A DNA stretch of 32,000 nucleotides from Methanosphaera stadtmanae DSM 3091 (GTDB lineage: Archaea; Methanobacteriota; Methanobacteria; Methanobacteriales; Methanobacteriaceae): the NCBI RefSeq assembly GCF_000012545.1, contig NC_007681.1, positions 420,001-452,000 of the forward strand. The letters are read 5' to 3'. The notes under the pieces were generated by a model that was not told the origin of the DNA, did not search any database, and worked only from the letters and a program-made list of their open reading frames with translations. Positions 20,537-28,991 of this stretch are shown piece by piece. Numbering within the stretch: the stretch's first letter is position 1; the number at the start of each line of letters is the position of its first letter. The position numbers were made by a program, and so were the translations under genes.

Positions 20537-21514
20537 TTGGAAATAGAAACTTCTGCAAGATTACATTTATCATTAATTGATCTTAATGGATCTGAGGGTA
20601 GAATTGATGGTGGTATTGGTATAACACTAAAGAATCCATCATTAATATTAGAGTGTGACTTCAATGATTCTCAAACAGAAATATTATTTGAAGACACAAG
20701 ATATAGTTATGTGGATGAATATAAATCAAAGATATTAACTGCTTGTAATAATATGCAGGAATATCTTGGAATTAATAATTCCTATAGATTTAGAGTAAAA
20801 AAAATCTATCCAATACATCATGGTCTAGGATTGGGAACACAATTACTACTTTCAACTGGACAATTAGTTGCTAAGATTAATGGTGTTGATTTAGATGTTT
20901 TTGAAATAGCAAAGATAGTACAACGTGGTGGAACAAGTGGTATTGGAGTACATTCCTTTAATCATGGTGGTTTAATTATTGATGGTGGACATAAAAAAAA
21001 TATTAAAAAGGATTTTCTTCCATCATCAGCATCGCATGTAGCACCACCACCACTTTTAGTAAGATATGATTTTCCAGAGGATTGGAATATATTAATTGCA
21101 ACACCTAATTTTAATCAAGGAGTTTCAGGAAGTAGAGAAGTTAATATTTTCCAAGAGTATTCTCCAATAAATTTACATGATGTTGAAAGAATATGTTATA
21201 TTACTTTAATGAAATTAATGCCAGCAGTATTAGAAAAGGACATTGTAAGTTTTGGTGATGCTATAAATAAGATTCAAACAATAGGATTTAAGAAAATAGA
21301 ACGGAATCTACAATCACAAAAAGTTAACAATATCATAGAATACATGCTTGATAATGGTATTGAAGGTGCAGGTATGAGTTCATTTGGTCCTACATGTTTT
21401 GGTATAACTGATACGAATGTTAAAAGTATGAAAAAAGATCTTCAGGATTTAATGGGTAATGATAGTTTTATAAAAATTACAAATGGAAAAAATGAAGGTT
21501 CAAAAATAAGATAG
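20537..21514 (+). CDS. mptG: Beta-ribofuranosylaminobenzene 5'-phosphate (RFAP) synthase, methanopterin biosynthesis
   Basis: It has a GHMP-kinase-like fold with the opening ARLHLSLIDLNG and the motif HHGLGLGTQLLLS. The start is TTG and the length is 325 aa. Confidence 0.8.
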   Translation: MEIETSARLHLSLIDLNGSEGRIDGGIGITLKNPSLILECDFNDSQTEILFEDTRYSYVDEYKSKILTACNNMQEYLGINNSYRFRVKKIYPIHHGLGLGTQLLLSTGQLVAKINGVDLDVFEIAKIVQRGGTSGIGVHSFNHGGLIIDGGHKKNIKKDFLPSSASHVAPPPLLVRYDFPEDWNILIATPNFNQGVSGSREVNIFQEYSPINLHDVERICYITLMKLMPAVLEKDIVSFGDAINKIQTIGFKKIERNLQSQKVNNIIEYMLDNGIEGAGMSSFGPTCFGITDTNVKSMKKDLQDLMGNDSFIKITNGKNEGSKIR

Positions 21515-21525
21515 GAGGAAGATTT

Positions 21526-22017
21526 ATGGATAGTATGAAAGGAAAAGTATGGACATTTAGAGATTGTATAGATACTGATGTAATTATTGCTGGAAGATAT
21601 TTAAGAACATTTAATCCAGAAGATTTAGCAGCACATGTAATGGAAGCTGAAGATCCAGAATTTTCAAGTAAAGTTGGAAAGGGAGATATAATTGTTGGTG
21701 GATGGAATTTTGGTTGTGGATCTTCAAGGGAACAGGCACCAGTTGCAATAAAGACAGCAGGAGTATCAGCAGTAATAGCTAAATCATTTGCCAGAATTTT
21801 TTATAGAAATGCTATTAATATTGGCTTACCTGTTATAACAGCAGATATTGAAGTGGATGAAGGGGATATTTTAGAAGTAAATATTGAAGATGGAATTATT
21901 ATAAATGAAACAACTAAAAAAACATTTAAAATTAAGCCATTTGATGCTGAAATGTTGGATATTTTAGAAAATGGTGGTCTTGTTAATCAATATTTAAAAA
22001 ATAAGAAGGAGGTATAG
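21526..22017 (+). CDS. Aconitase-family small subunit (3-isopropylmalate dehydratase LeuD or homoaconitase HacB type)
   Basis: The motif GWNFGCGSSREQAP is present and the 163-aa length fits the swivel-domain subunit. AGGAGG precedes the ATG. Confidence 0.85.
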   Translation: MDSMKGKVWTFRDCIDTDVIIAGRYLRTFNPEDLAAHVMEAEDPEFSSKVGKGDIIVGGWNFGCGSSREQAPVAIKTAGVSAVIAKSFARIFYRNAINIGLPVITADIEVDEGDILEVNIEDGIIINETTKKTFKIKPFDAEMLDILENGGLVNQYLKNKKEV

Positions 22018-22019
22018 TT

Positions 22020-22658
22020 ATGGTTTGTCCAGTTTGTGGTGAAGATGAATATGAAATATTAAAGGCTAATGGAAAAAATAATAGACAATTACTAGTTAAA
22101 TGTGATGAATGTGGACACATATATCATGAAACTGCTCCAGAGGAAGCGCATGAAGTGAAAGTACGTGTTATAATCAGTGAATTTGAAAGATCATGGAAAA
22201 CTACCATTGATTTATATTCTGATGAATATTTAGAAGTGGGTACTTTATTATATCTTGATGGTAAGGATGTGGAAGTGACTTCTATTGAAAATAATGAGGG
22301 AAATAGATGTTATGAATGTCCTGTTATTGATATTAAAACAATATGGGCAAAATCATTAGATACACCTGCACGTATAGGTTTATCAATAGATAATCATGGT
22401 ACTGTTTTATCTCATAAAATTGAAATTGAAAGGGAATTTACCTTTGCTATAGATGATGTTGGGGAAGTTAATGGTTTAAAATTTAGAATATATGCTTTTA
22501 AAACATTGGAAAGAAATATGAGAACGGGTTTTGCTTATGCTAAGGTAATTAAAAGAGTATATGGTAGGTTATTACCACGTAATGATAAATCTAAAGTTAA
22601 ATATGATTTATCTGAGTATGTTATTAAAACAACAATTAAAGAAAAAGATTATAATTAA
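22020..22658 (+). CDS. Conserved archaeal zinc-finger protein of unknown function (possibly the HVO_0476 family)
   Basis: The N-terminal zinc ribbon is CPVCG...CDECGH, followed by about 170 aa with no motif I recognise. The ATG lies 2 nt after the preceding stop, and AGGAGG sits inside the end of that gene. Confidence 0.6.
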   Translation: MVCPVCGEDEYEILKANGKNNRQLLVKCDECGHIYHETAPEEAHEVKVRVIISEFERSWKTTIDLYSDEYLEVGTLLYLDGKDVEVTSIENNEGNRCYECPVIDIKTIWAKSLDTPARIGLSIDNHGTVLSHKIEIEREFTFAIDDVGEVNGLKFRIYAFKTLERNMRTGFAYAKVIKRVYGRLLPRNDKSKVKYDLSEYVIKTTIKEKDYN

Positions 22659-22681
22659 AATTTAATATTTTTTGTGATAAC

Positions 22682-23956
22682 ATGAAAATATATTTAGAAA
22701 CACATGGATGTACATTTAATCAAGCAGATACTGATATTATGGCTAATATCTTAGCTAAGAAGTATGATATTGTTTATGATGTAGAAGAAGCTGATGTAAT
22801 TATACTAAATACATGTTATGTAAAACTTCCTACTGAACAGAAGATGATTACTAAAATTCGTAAATATAAAACCGAGTTTCCAGATAAGAAATTAATTATT
22901 GGGGGATGTATGGTTGAAGTTGATGATAAGAGACTTGAAAAATTTGCTGGTGATGATTGCTGGATTGGACCACATAAACTTGATAAAGTGGATGAGGTGG
23001 TTGAAAAAGCAATAAATGGTGAAGTAGTACATGAATATGGAAAAACTAGGGCTATTAAAGCTGGTAAGGGTAAAAAAAATTCTGAAAGTTTGGTTCATAT
23101 TCTTCAAATTTGTGAAGGATGTAATGGTCAATGTACCTTTTGTTGTACAAGAATAGCTCGTGGTTTTTTAATAAGTTATCCAATTGATGTTATTGTTGAG
23201 GAAGCAAAAGATGCAGTTGAACATGGCTGTAAAGAATTACAAGTCACTGCTCAGGATACTGCATGTTTTGGTATGGATACTGGTGAATCCTTTGCTGATT
23301 TACTAAATAAGTTAGGTGCAATTGAGGGTGATTTTCGTATTCGTGTAGGTATGATGAATCCACAAAGTATTAAAAATCAATTACATGAAGTAATAGATGC
23401 ATTTAAAAATAATGATAAGATATTTAACTTTGTACATCTACCAATACAATCAGGTAGTCCTAAGGTATTAAAAGAAATGAATAGAAAACATACACTAGAT
23501 GAATATAAATACATACTTAATGAATTTAGAAAAGAAATTCCTCAAATGTCTCTTGCCACTGATATTATAGTTGGTTATCCAACAGAAACTGAAGAAGACT
23601 TTAATCAAACACTAGAATTACTTAAAGAAATAAAACCTGATATTGTACATATATCAAAGTATATGCACAGGCCTGGTGCAAAATCAAATCATCTTAAAGA
23701 AATTGATCATAATATTATGAAGAATAGATCACATAGAGTAAATCAAGTAAAAACAGAGGTCATGCTAGAGAAAAATAAAGAATATGAAAATACCATTCAA
23801 AATGTTTTAATTACATCTAAGGGATCCTCTGGTGGATATGTTGGCTACACTGATTCATATAAAAATGTAATAGTGGATGAAGCTGAAATTGGTTCATTTA
23901 TGGATGTAAAAATAATTGAAGGTAAAAGAACATATCTCTTAGCACAAAGAATATAA
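22682..23956 (+). CDS. MiaB/MtaB-family radical SAM methylthiotransferase (archaeal CDKAL1/e-MtaB type, tRNA ms2t6A)
   Basis: The N-terminal UPF0004 domain opens KIYLETHGCTFNQADTD. The radical SAM cluster is CEGCNGQCTFCC and a C-terminal TRAM-like domain follows. Length is 424 aa. Confidence 0.85.
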   Translation: MKIYLETHGCTFNQADTDIMANILAKKYDIVYDVEEADVIILNTCYVKLPTEQKMITKIRKYKTEFPDKKLIIGGCMVEVDDKRLEKFAGDDCWIGPHKLDKVDEVVEKAINGEVVHEYGKTRAIKAGKGKKNSESLVHILQICEGCNGQCTFCCTRIARGFLISYPIDVIVEEAKDAVEHGCKELQVTAQDTACFGMDTGESFADLLNKLGAIEGDFRIRVGMMNPQSIKNQLHEVIDAFKNNDKIFNFVHLPIQSGSPKVLKEMNRKHTLDEYKYILNEFRKEIPQMSLATDIIVGYPTETEEDFNQTLELLKEIKPDIVHISKYMHRPGAKSNHLKEIDHNIMKNRSHRVNQVKTEVMLEKNKEYENTIQNVLITSKGSSGGYVGYTDSYKNVIVDEAEIGSFMDVKIIEGKRTYLLAQRI

Positions 23957-24012
23957 TATGTATAATTAATTAAAAGAGTAAATAAATAAAAAAATAGAAA
24001 AGATTTGATATT

Positions 24013-24765
24013 ATGAATTATATAGTATGTCGAAATTGTAAAAGAGTTATTGAGGTTAAGGAAAATACTCCATTAGTCTTTGATAAATGTGAAAATTGTG
24101 GACATACCCTTGAATTTGCAGCTGATAATCGTGACTTACAATTTATATTAAATGATGTAGAAGTACCAAAAATAGCATACCATAAAATATGTGCTAAATG
24201 TAAATCATTGAATCCACGTGAAACTGGTGCTTGCCTATTCTGTGGATCTACAAGTTTTAAGTATCAATATGATTTAGATAGTTTAAATAAGTATAAAAAT
24301 AGTTTAAATTTGAATCAGATGCAAATGACAAACATGTCTGATAATTATCAACAATCAATTTCAAATAATTGGCTTTATAGAATATTAGCTTTAATACTTG
24401 GAATAATTGATTTTTTCTTTGTTGTTATGATTGGACTTGGTTTAATTATAGGTGATGGTCCACTACCAACAGATTCTATGGCATTTATTATGCAACATTT
24501 TAATATGATGATGATTGTGTTAATAGTGGCACTATTTGTTTCAGGTTTTCTTTCAATTTTCATATTACCAAAAATGAAATATAAAGATTCATTCATGTTA
24601 TCAGGATTACTTGGACTTATTATTGGATTAATCACAATAATAACAACTACTGATATATTAGTAATTATACCATCAATGGTATTGTGTGCTATAATAACTG
24701 GAATTGGTGGATTAGTTGCACAATTTATTGTTCATAAAATAATTGGAAGATTTTTTGGCAGATAA
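24013..24765 (+). CDS. Hypothetical membrane protein with an N-terminal double zinc ribbon
   Basis: Two CxxC pairs are present (CRNC...CENCGH and CAKC...CLFCGS). They are followed by about four hydrophobic helices. Confidence 0.6.
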   Translation: MNYIVCRNCKRVIEVKENTPLVFDKCENCGHTLEFAADNRDLQFILNDVEVPKIAYHKICAKCKSLNPRETGACLFCGSTSFKYQYDLDSLNKYKNSLNLNQMQMTNMSDNYQQSISNNWLYRILALILGIIDFFFVVMIGLGLIIGDGPLPTDSMAFIMQHFNMMMIVLIVALFVSGFLSIFILPKMKYKDSFMLSGLLGLIIGLITIITTTDILVIIPSMVLCAIITGIGGLVAQFIVHKIIGRFFGR

Positions 24766-24788
24766 AAACTGCTATTAATCTATTTATC

Positions 24789-24795
24789 TTTTTTT
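24789..24795 (+). terminator. Oligo-T tract (T7) after the zinc-ribbon membrane protein gene
   Basis: A T7 run lies about 24 nt after the stop at 24763-24765. Confidence 0.35.
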
Positions 24796-24907
24796 GTAGA
24801 ATTATTAAAATAGCTTTTTTAAATGTGTGCATACTAATACACTTTATACTATAGACTTAATTAAATTATTTTTTTTAATGTTAGAAATAGTAATATTATT
24901 TAAAATA

Positions 24908-24981
<74 letters not shown>

Positions 24982-25001
24982 ATTAAAATTAGAATTTAAT
25001 A

Positions 25002-25073
25002 TGGGCCGAACGAGATTCGAACTCGTGATCCCCTCCACGTCAAGGAGGTATCATACCTCTAGACCACCGGCCC
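25002..25073 (-). tRNA. tRNA-Val (anticodon GAC), 72 nt, no encoded CCA
   Basis: The acceptor stem is GGGCCGG/TCGGCCC with one G-U pair. The anticodon stem CCTCC/GGAGG carries the loop TTGACGT. The T arm is ACGAG-TTCGAAT-CTCGT and the discriminator is A. Confidence 0.9.
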
Positions 25074-25094
25074 AGAAATATATTTTTCAATACT

Positions 25095-25104
25095 TATTTA
25101 TAAA
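25095..25104 (-). promoter_or_regulatory. Candidate archaeal TATA box for the tRNA-Val/tRNA-Phe transcription unit
   Basis: The minus strand reads TTTATAAATA, ending 21 nt upstream of the mature tRNA-Val 5' end. That places the box at roughly -22 to -31. The two tRNAs are separated by only 21 nt. Confidence 0.4.
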
Positions 25105-25216
25105 TTATTTATTCTCTATTATATATACTTTTCTATCCATGATTATTTAAAGAAGTTATTATAGATTAATTACTATATTCTAAATGAATAATAAAACAAT
25201 TTAAAAGGAGATTAGT

Positions 25217-25687
25217 ATGGATTTAGATAGCACAATAGAAAAAACCATAAGTCAAATTCAAAAACTTATGAATGCTAATAGTATTGCAGGTAATCCAATA
25301 CCTGCTGGTGATAGAATTATTATTCCTATCTCAAAAACAGCACTAGGTTTTGGTGTAGGTGTAGCTTCTAATGCTAAAAAAGATGAAGATTCTGCTTTAG
25401 GTGGGGCTGGTGGTGGAGGTTCTATTGATCCTATAGCATTGCTTGTAGTATATAATGATGTTCCGGGACCAGAGGGTGTTGAAATATTACCATTAGATAA
25501 CATGGGAACTCCACTTGAAGATTTACTTTTAGGTGCAGGAAAAGCTTTAACAGGATTTTTAGGAAATAAATCAGGTAAATCTGATGAAGGTAAATCTAGT
25601 GAAACTAATATTAATAAAATCAAAACTAAAATAAAACCAAAAAGTACTGAAAGTACTAAATCTACTCAGAAAAAAGATACTAATTAA
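25217..25687 (+). CDS. GerW/YtfJ-family protein (homologue of a bacterial sporulation protein)
   Basis: The pattern matches my memory of Bacillus YtfJ: IAGNPIPAGDRIIIPISKTALGFGVG, a Gly-rich loop GGAGGGGS, then IDPIALLVVYNDV. It ends in a K/S/T-rich tail. AGGAG precedes the ATG. Confidence 0.7.
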   Translation: MDLDSTIEKTISQIQKLMNANSIAGNPIPAGDRIIIPISKTALGFGVGVASNAKKDEDSALGGAGGGGSIDPIALLVVYNDVPGPEGVEILPLDNMGTPLEDLLLGAGKALTGFLGNKSGKSDEGKSSETNINKIKTKIKPKSTESTKSTQKKDTN

Positions 25688-25742
25688 GTATTCTTTTAAT
25701 TTTTTTTAAATATTTTTTTAAGTAATTTCTAGGGCTAAATTT

Positions 25743-26444
25743 ATGATTCTTCAAATTATATTTATGTTGTTATTAATTGTAATTTTATTAATATTCATAT
25801 TCTTTTTGAAGCCATTGGGTGTATATTTATCATTTCATAGAAATAATCAAGCTTTGAATGGTGAAATAATAATTACACATTATTTTTTAAAGTTAAGATA
25901 TGTTTTTGAAAAGAAAGCTTTAGATGTGTTTGTAATATGGAAATCAAGGAATTTTCTACTTAGAACTATAAATTTAGATTCTATAGATGAAAATAATTCT
26001 AATGATAATAATGATGGTGATGAGGATAAAGGGGAAGATAACACTGATGAATATGAAGATGAATTTTCAAGTAATTTATTAGAAAATGCTAAAGAAATAT
26101 ATCCAACACTAAAAGCATCTACATCAGATTTATATAAAATTGTAGTTTTAATTGTAACTTTATGTAAATTTAAGGAAAGTAACATTAAATTAGATTTTGG
26201 TTTGAAAAATAATAATTTAACAATAAAGATTTGTAATATTTTATGGGCTATAACAGCACCATTATATCCTTTTGATATTCATATTCTAATAACACCTGTT
26301 ATAAATAAGGCTGTTGTTAATTTTGATTGTGAAGTTTCATTTGATATTATAATAATGAATATACTACGAATAATATTCAAGATAATTACAAGTATAAATA
26401 TATTAAAATTAATAATAAAAATAATTAAAATCGCACGTAGGTGA
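25743..26444 (+). CDS. DUF2953/YtfI-like membrane protein
   Basis: An N-terminal TM helix is followed by a beta-like segment (LSFHRNNQALNGEIIITHYFLKLRYVF) and an acidic linker (NDNNDGDEDKGEDNTDEYEDE). The hydrophobic C-terminal half mirrors the YtfI architecture. The gene sits next to a YtfJ-like gene, as in Firmicutes. Confidence 0.5.
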   Translation: MILQIIFMLLLIVILLIFIFFLKPLGVYLSFHRNNQALNGEIIITHYFLKLRYVFEKKALDVFVIWKSRNFLLRTINLDSIDENNSNDNNDGDEDKGEDNTDEYEDEFSSNLLENAKEIYPTLKASTSDLYKIVVLIVTLCKFKESNIKLDFGLKNNNLTIKICNILWAITAPLYPFDIHILITPVINKAVVNFDCEVSFDIIIMNILRIIFKIITSINILKLIIKIIKIARR

Positions 26445-26448
26445 TTAA

Positions 26449-26676
26449 ATGTCAATTACTAAAAAATATTTTATTGATCCTATAATAATCAATAATAGAA
26501 AGATATATCCCTATGTAAAATTAGATGTGGATGTTATTGGTAGTGGATTTTTAAGTCTAGATTATGAAGTTATTGCTTTTAAAATAATTGAGAAAAGTGA
26601 GATATTTTTTAAAAATGTTTCTATGTCTGATAATGAGTTTAATAACTTCAAAAAAAAATTTATAGAAAATAAATAA
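26449..26676 (+). CDS. Small hypothetical protein (75 aa), translationally coupled to the DUF2953-like gene
   Basis: The ATG lies 4 nt after the preceding stop, with AGGTGA just upstream. Codon usage resembles its neighbours. I recognise no family. Confidence 0.5.
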   Translation: MSITKKYFIDPIIINNRKIYPYVKLDVDVIGSGFLSLDYEVIAFKIIEKSEIFFKNVSMSDNEFNNFKKKFIENK

Positions 26677-26689
26677 GTATTTATTTTAC

Positions 26690-26896
26690 TTATAATTCTT
26701 TGTAAGCGATACTTATATCTTCTGCTTTTAAAGTTTTTCTTCCATTTTCTTCAGCATTATTTAATGCTAATTTAGCAAGTTCTTCTGCAGTATCTTCTAA
26801 AAATGCAGATAATTCAACTTTAGCATCTTCACTTACTCTTTCTGCACCACCGTTTTTTATAATTCTACCTAATGGTGTTAAGGGTAATTCGGACAT
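26690..26896 (-). CDS. Archaeal histone (HMf family), variant paralogue
   Basis: This 68-aa protein aligns end to end with HMfB from memory (ELPLTPLGRIIKNGGAERVS...GRKTLKAEDI). AGGAGG precedes the ATG. Confidence 0.9.
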   Translation of the reverse strand: MSELPLTPLGRIIKNGGAERVSEDAKVELSAFLEDTAEELAKLALNNAEENGRKTLKAEDISIAYKEL

Positions 26897-27241
26897 ATAT
26901 AGTTACCTCCTTTTCAATATTAAATAAAAAAATTTATCTATTGTTGTATTTTTTTAATAGTATAACATAAAAGTGGTATTTCATAAAATTTTTTTTGAAG
27001 ATATTTCTTATTTTTTTTTAGAAATACAGTATATGTTATGATTTATTATCTTTTAAATACTCTATTTATGTTAAGTAATATAATATTGTTTTTATTTAAA
27101 ACTTTCTAATTTTTTTTTAAATCCTTAATTTTATTTATATTATTCTTTTTGAAAAATATTATGTTGATTATTTAAGGTTATCTAAAAGTCATTAATTTTA
27201 TAAATTTTAAAAAAAGATATTAAAAGAATTGGATTTTAATT

Positions 27242-28786
27242 TCAATGTTCTTTTTTGGCTTTATTAATGTTTTTGATAATTTCTCTAGCTCTATCTGAAT
27301 TTAAAGGTATGTTAAATTTAGATTCTACACTTTCTCTGTAAATATTGTTCATTGAACAAAATGGGATAATTCTACCATCTGGTGTAGCATAATGAATTAC
27401 ACATCGACTTACTCTATCTTGATCAAAGTTAAATGGATCCATAAAGTGCATACAGGATATAAGTAGAGCATTCATATGGAAATCACCTAATGCAAGATAA
27501 TCTTGTTTTATGAATATATTTTTTAATAAATCAATAATATCTATATAGCTTGGTGTTTCATCAGTATCAATAGTTTTAGGTAGATTTTTTAGAGCTTTAG
27601 CTAGTGTTTTTGTTTTTGAGTATTTTGTGTTTTTCTCAATACCTGGAATACTATCTTCAATTAATTTCATGAATTTATCAACGTTAATAAAGTCTGTGAT
27701 AGGAATTATTTCACCATTATCTTCCTTAAATACATAAGTTCCAACACCACAATGTTCATGACAGGTTAATGTAACTTCATCTTCTTCATTATTCATAGCA
27801 GCAATTAATTCAGAAATTGGAGCTACAGTAGCTGCAGGATAGAATGCTTCTTTTTTAATTTTTCCATTTGTTTGTTTTTCAACATCATTGACAAGATCAT
27901 CAATTGTTATACGTTGTTGTTCTACTTTATCAGAGGGTGTACGTCCTGCAAATGATACTGGTTGGAAGTTAACTCCACGAATAACATCAATATTATCCAA
28001 TGCAAATTGAATAATATCTCCAATTTGATCATCATTTATTCCTTTAACAAGTGTAGGTACTAATACAACACCAAGTCCTACTTTTCTACAATTTTCAATA
28101 GCTTCTATTTTTTTATCTAGAATATTAGCATTTCTAGTTTTTATGTATGGTTCTTCAGTAACTCCATCAAATTGTAAATAAACAGTATTTAGTCCTACAT
28201 CTTTAAGTTCTTTAGCTAAATTTTCATTGTTAGCAAGTTCAATTCCATTTGTTGCAATTTGAGTATGTGTAAATCCTTCTTCTTTAGCTATTTTAATGAG
28301 TTCTACAATATCACTTCGAACAGTAGGTTCTCCTCCAGAAAATTGTATTGCTGGTGTAGCAACTGGTTGATTTTTTCTTAAATTTTTAAGCATTCCTCTA
28401 ATTTCATCTTGAGTAGGTTCATATAATGTACCAGAAGCAGCAGCATTAGCAAAACATATTGGACAGGTTAGATTACATCTATTTGTCACATCAATTAAAC
28501 CAAGTATTGTTTGACTTTTATGTTGGTTACATAATCCACAATTAGATGGACATTCTCCATTTTCAGCATCTTTAAGATTTTTTAATCTGTGTGGTTCTGG
28601 TTCATAGGCTAATGTTTTTTCAAATAATTTAGCATCATGCCAATAGGTATTTTTAAAAGTTCCATGTTCAGAGCATGTTTTTTCAATAAAAATCTTATTA
28701 TCTTCAGAATAAACTTCAGCATCTAATATTTTTAAACAGTTTGGACATAAGCTTTTAGTTTTAGAAATTGTTGATATTCTAAACAC
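27242..28786 (-). CDS. Radical SAM protein of the MJ0619 / tetraether lipid synthase (Tes, GDGT-MAS) family
   Basis: The N-terminal zinc ribbon is CPNC...CSEH and the radical SAM cluster is CNLTCPIC in TNRCNLTCPICFANAA. An extra Cys cluster CPSNCGLC is present. The protein is 514 aa with a GTG start. Confidence 0.6.
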   Translation of the reverse strand: MFRISTISKTKSLCPNCLKILDAEVYSEDNKIFIEKTCSEHGTFKNTYWHDAKLFEKTLAYEPEPHRLKNLKDAENGECPSNCGLCNQHKSQTILGLIDVTNRCNLTCPICFANAAASGTLYEPTQDEIRGMLKNLRKNQPVATPAIQFSGGEPTVRSDIVELIKIAKEEGFTHTQIATNGIELANNENLAKELKDVGLNTVYLQFDGVTEEPYIKTRNANILDKKIEAIENCRKVGLGVVLVPTLVKGINDDQIGDIIQFALDNIDVIRGVNFQPVSFAGRTPSDKVEQQRITIDDLVNDVEKQTNGKIKKEAFYPAATVAPISELIAAMNNEEDEVTLTCHEHCGVGTYVFKEDNGEIIPITDFINVDKFMKLIEDSIPGIEKNTKYSKTKTLAKALKNLPKTIDTDETPSYIDIIDLLKNIFIKQDYLALGDFHMNALLISCMHFMDPFNFDQDRVSRCVIHYATPDGRIIPFCSMNNIYRESVESKFNIPLNSDRAREIIKNINKAKKEH

Positions 28787-28991
28787 TCCCCTTTATTTTT
28801 TTTTTAAATTCTCTCTATTAATTATAATAATTTGTTTTTTATATTTAAAGTATTTATTTAACTATAATAATCATTATTAATTATATTGATTAGGTATAAT
28901 TATATATTGCTTATATTTATGGAAATTACATATATTATAATAATAGTAAAATTATAAGTATAAATATAATTACAAAATTCTGAGGTTTATT

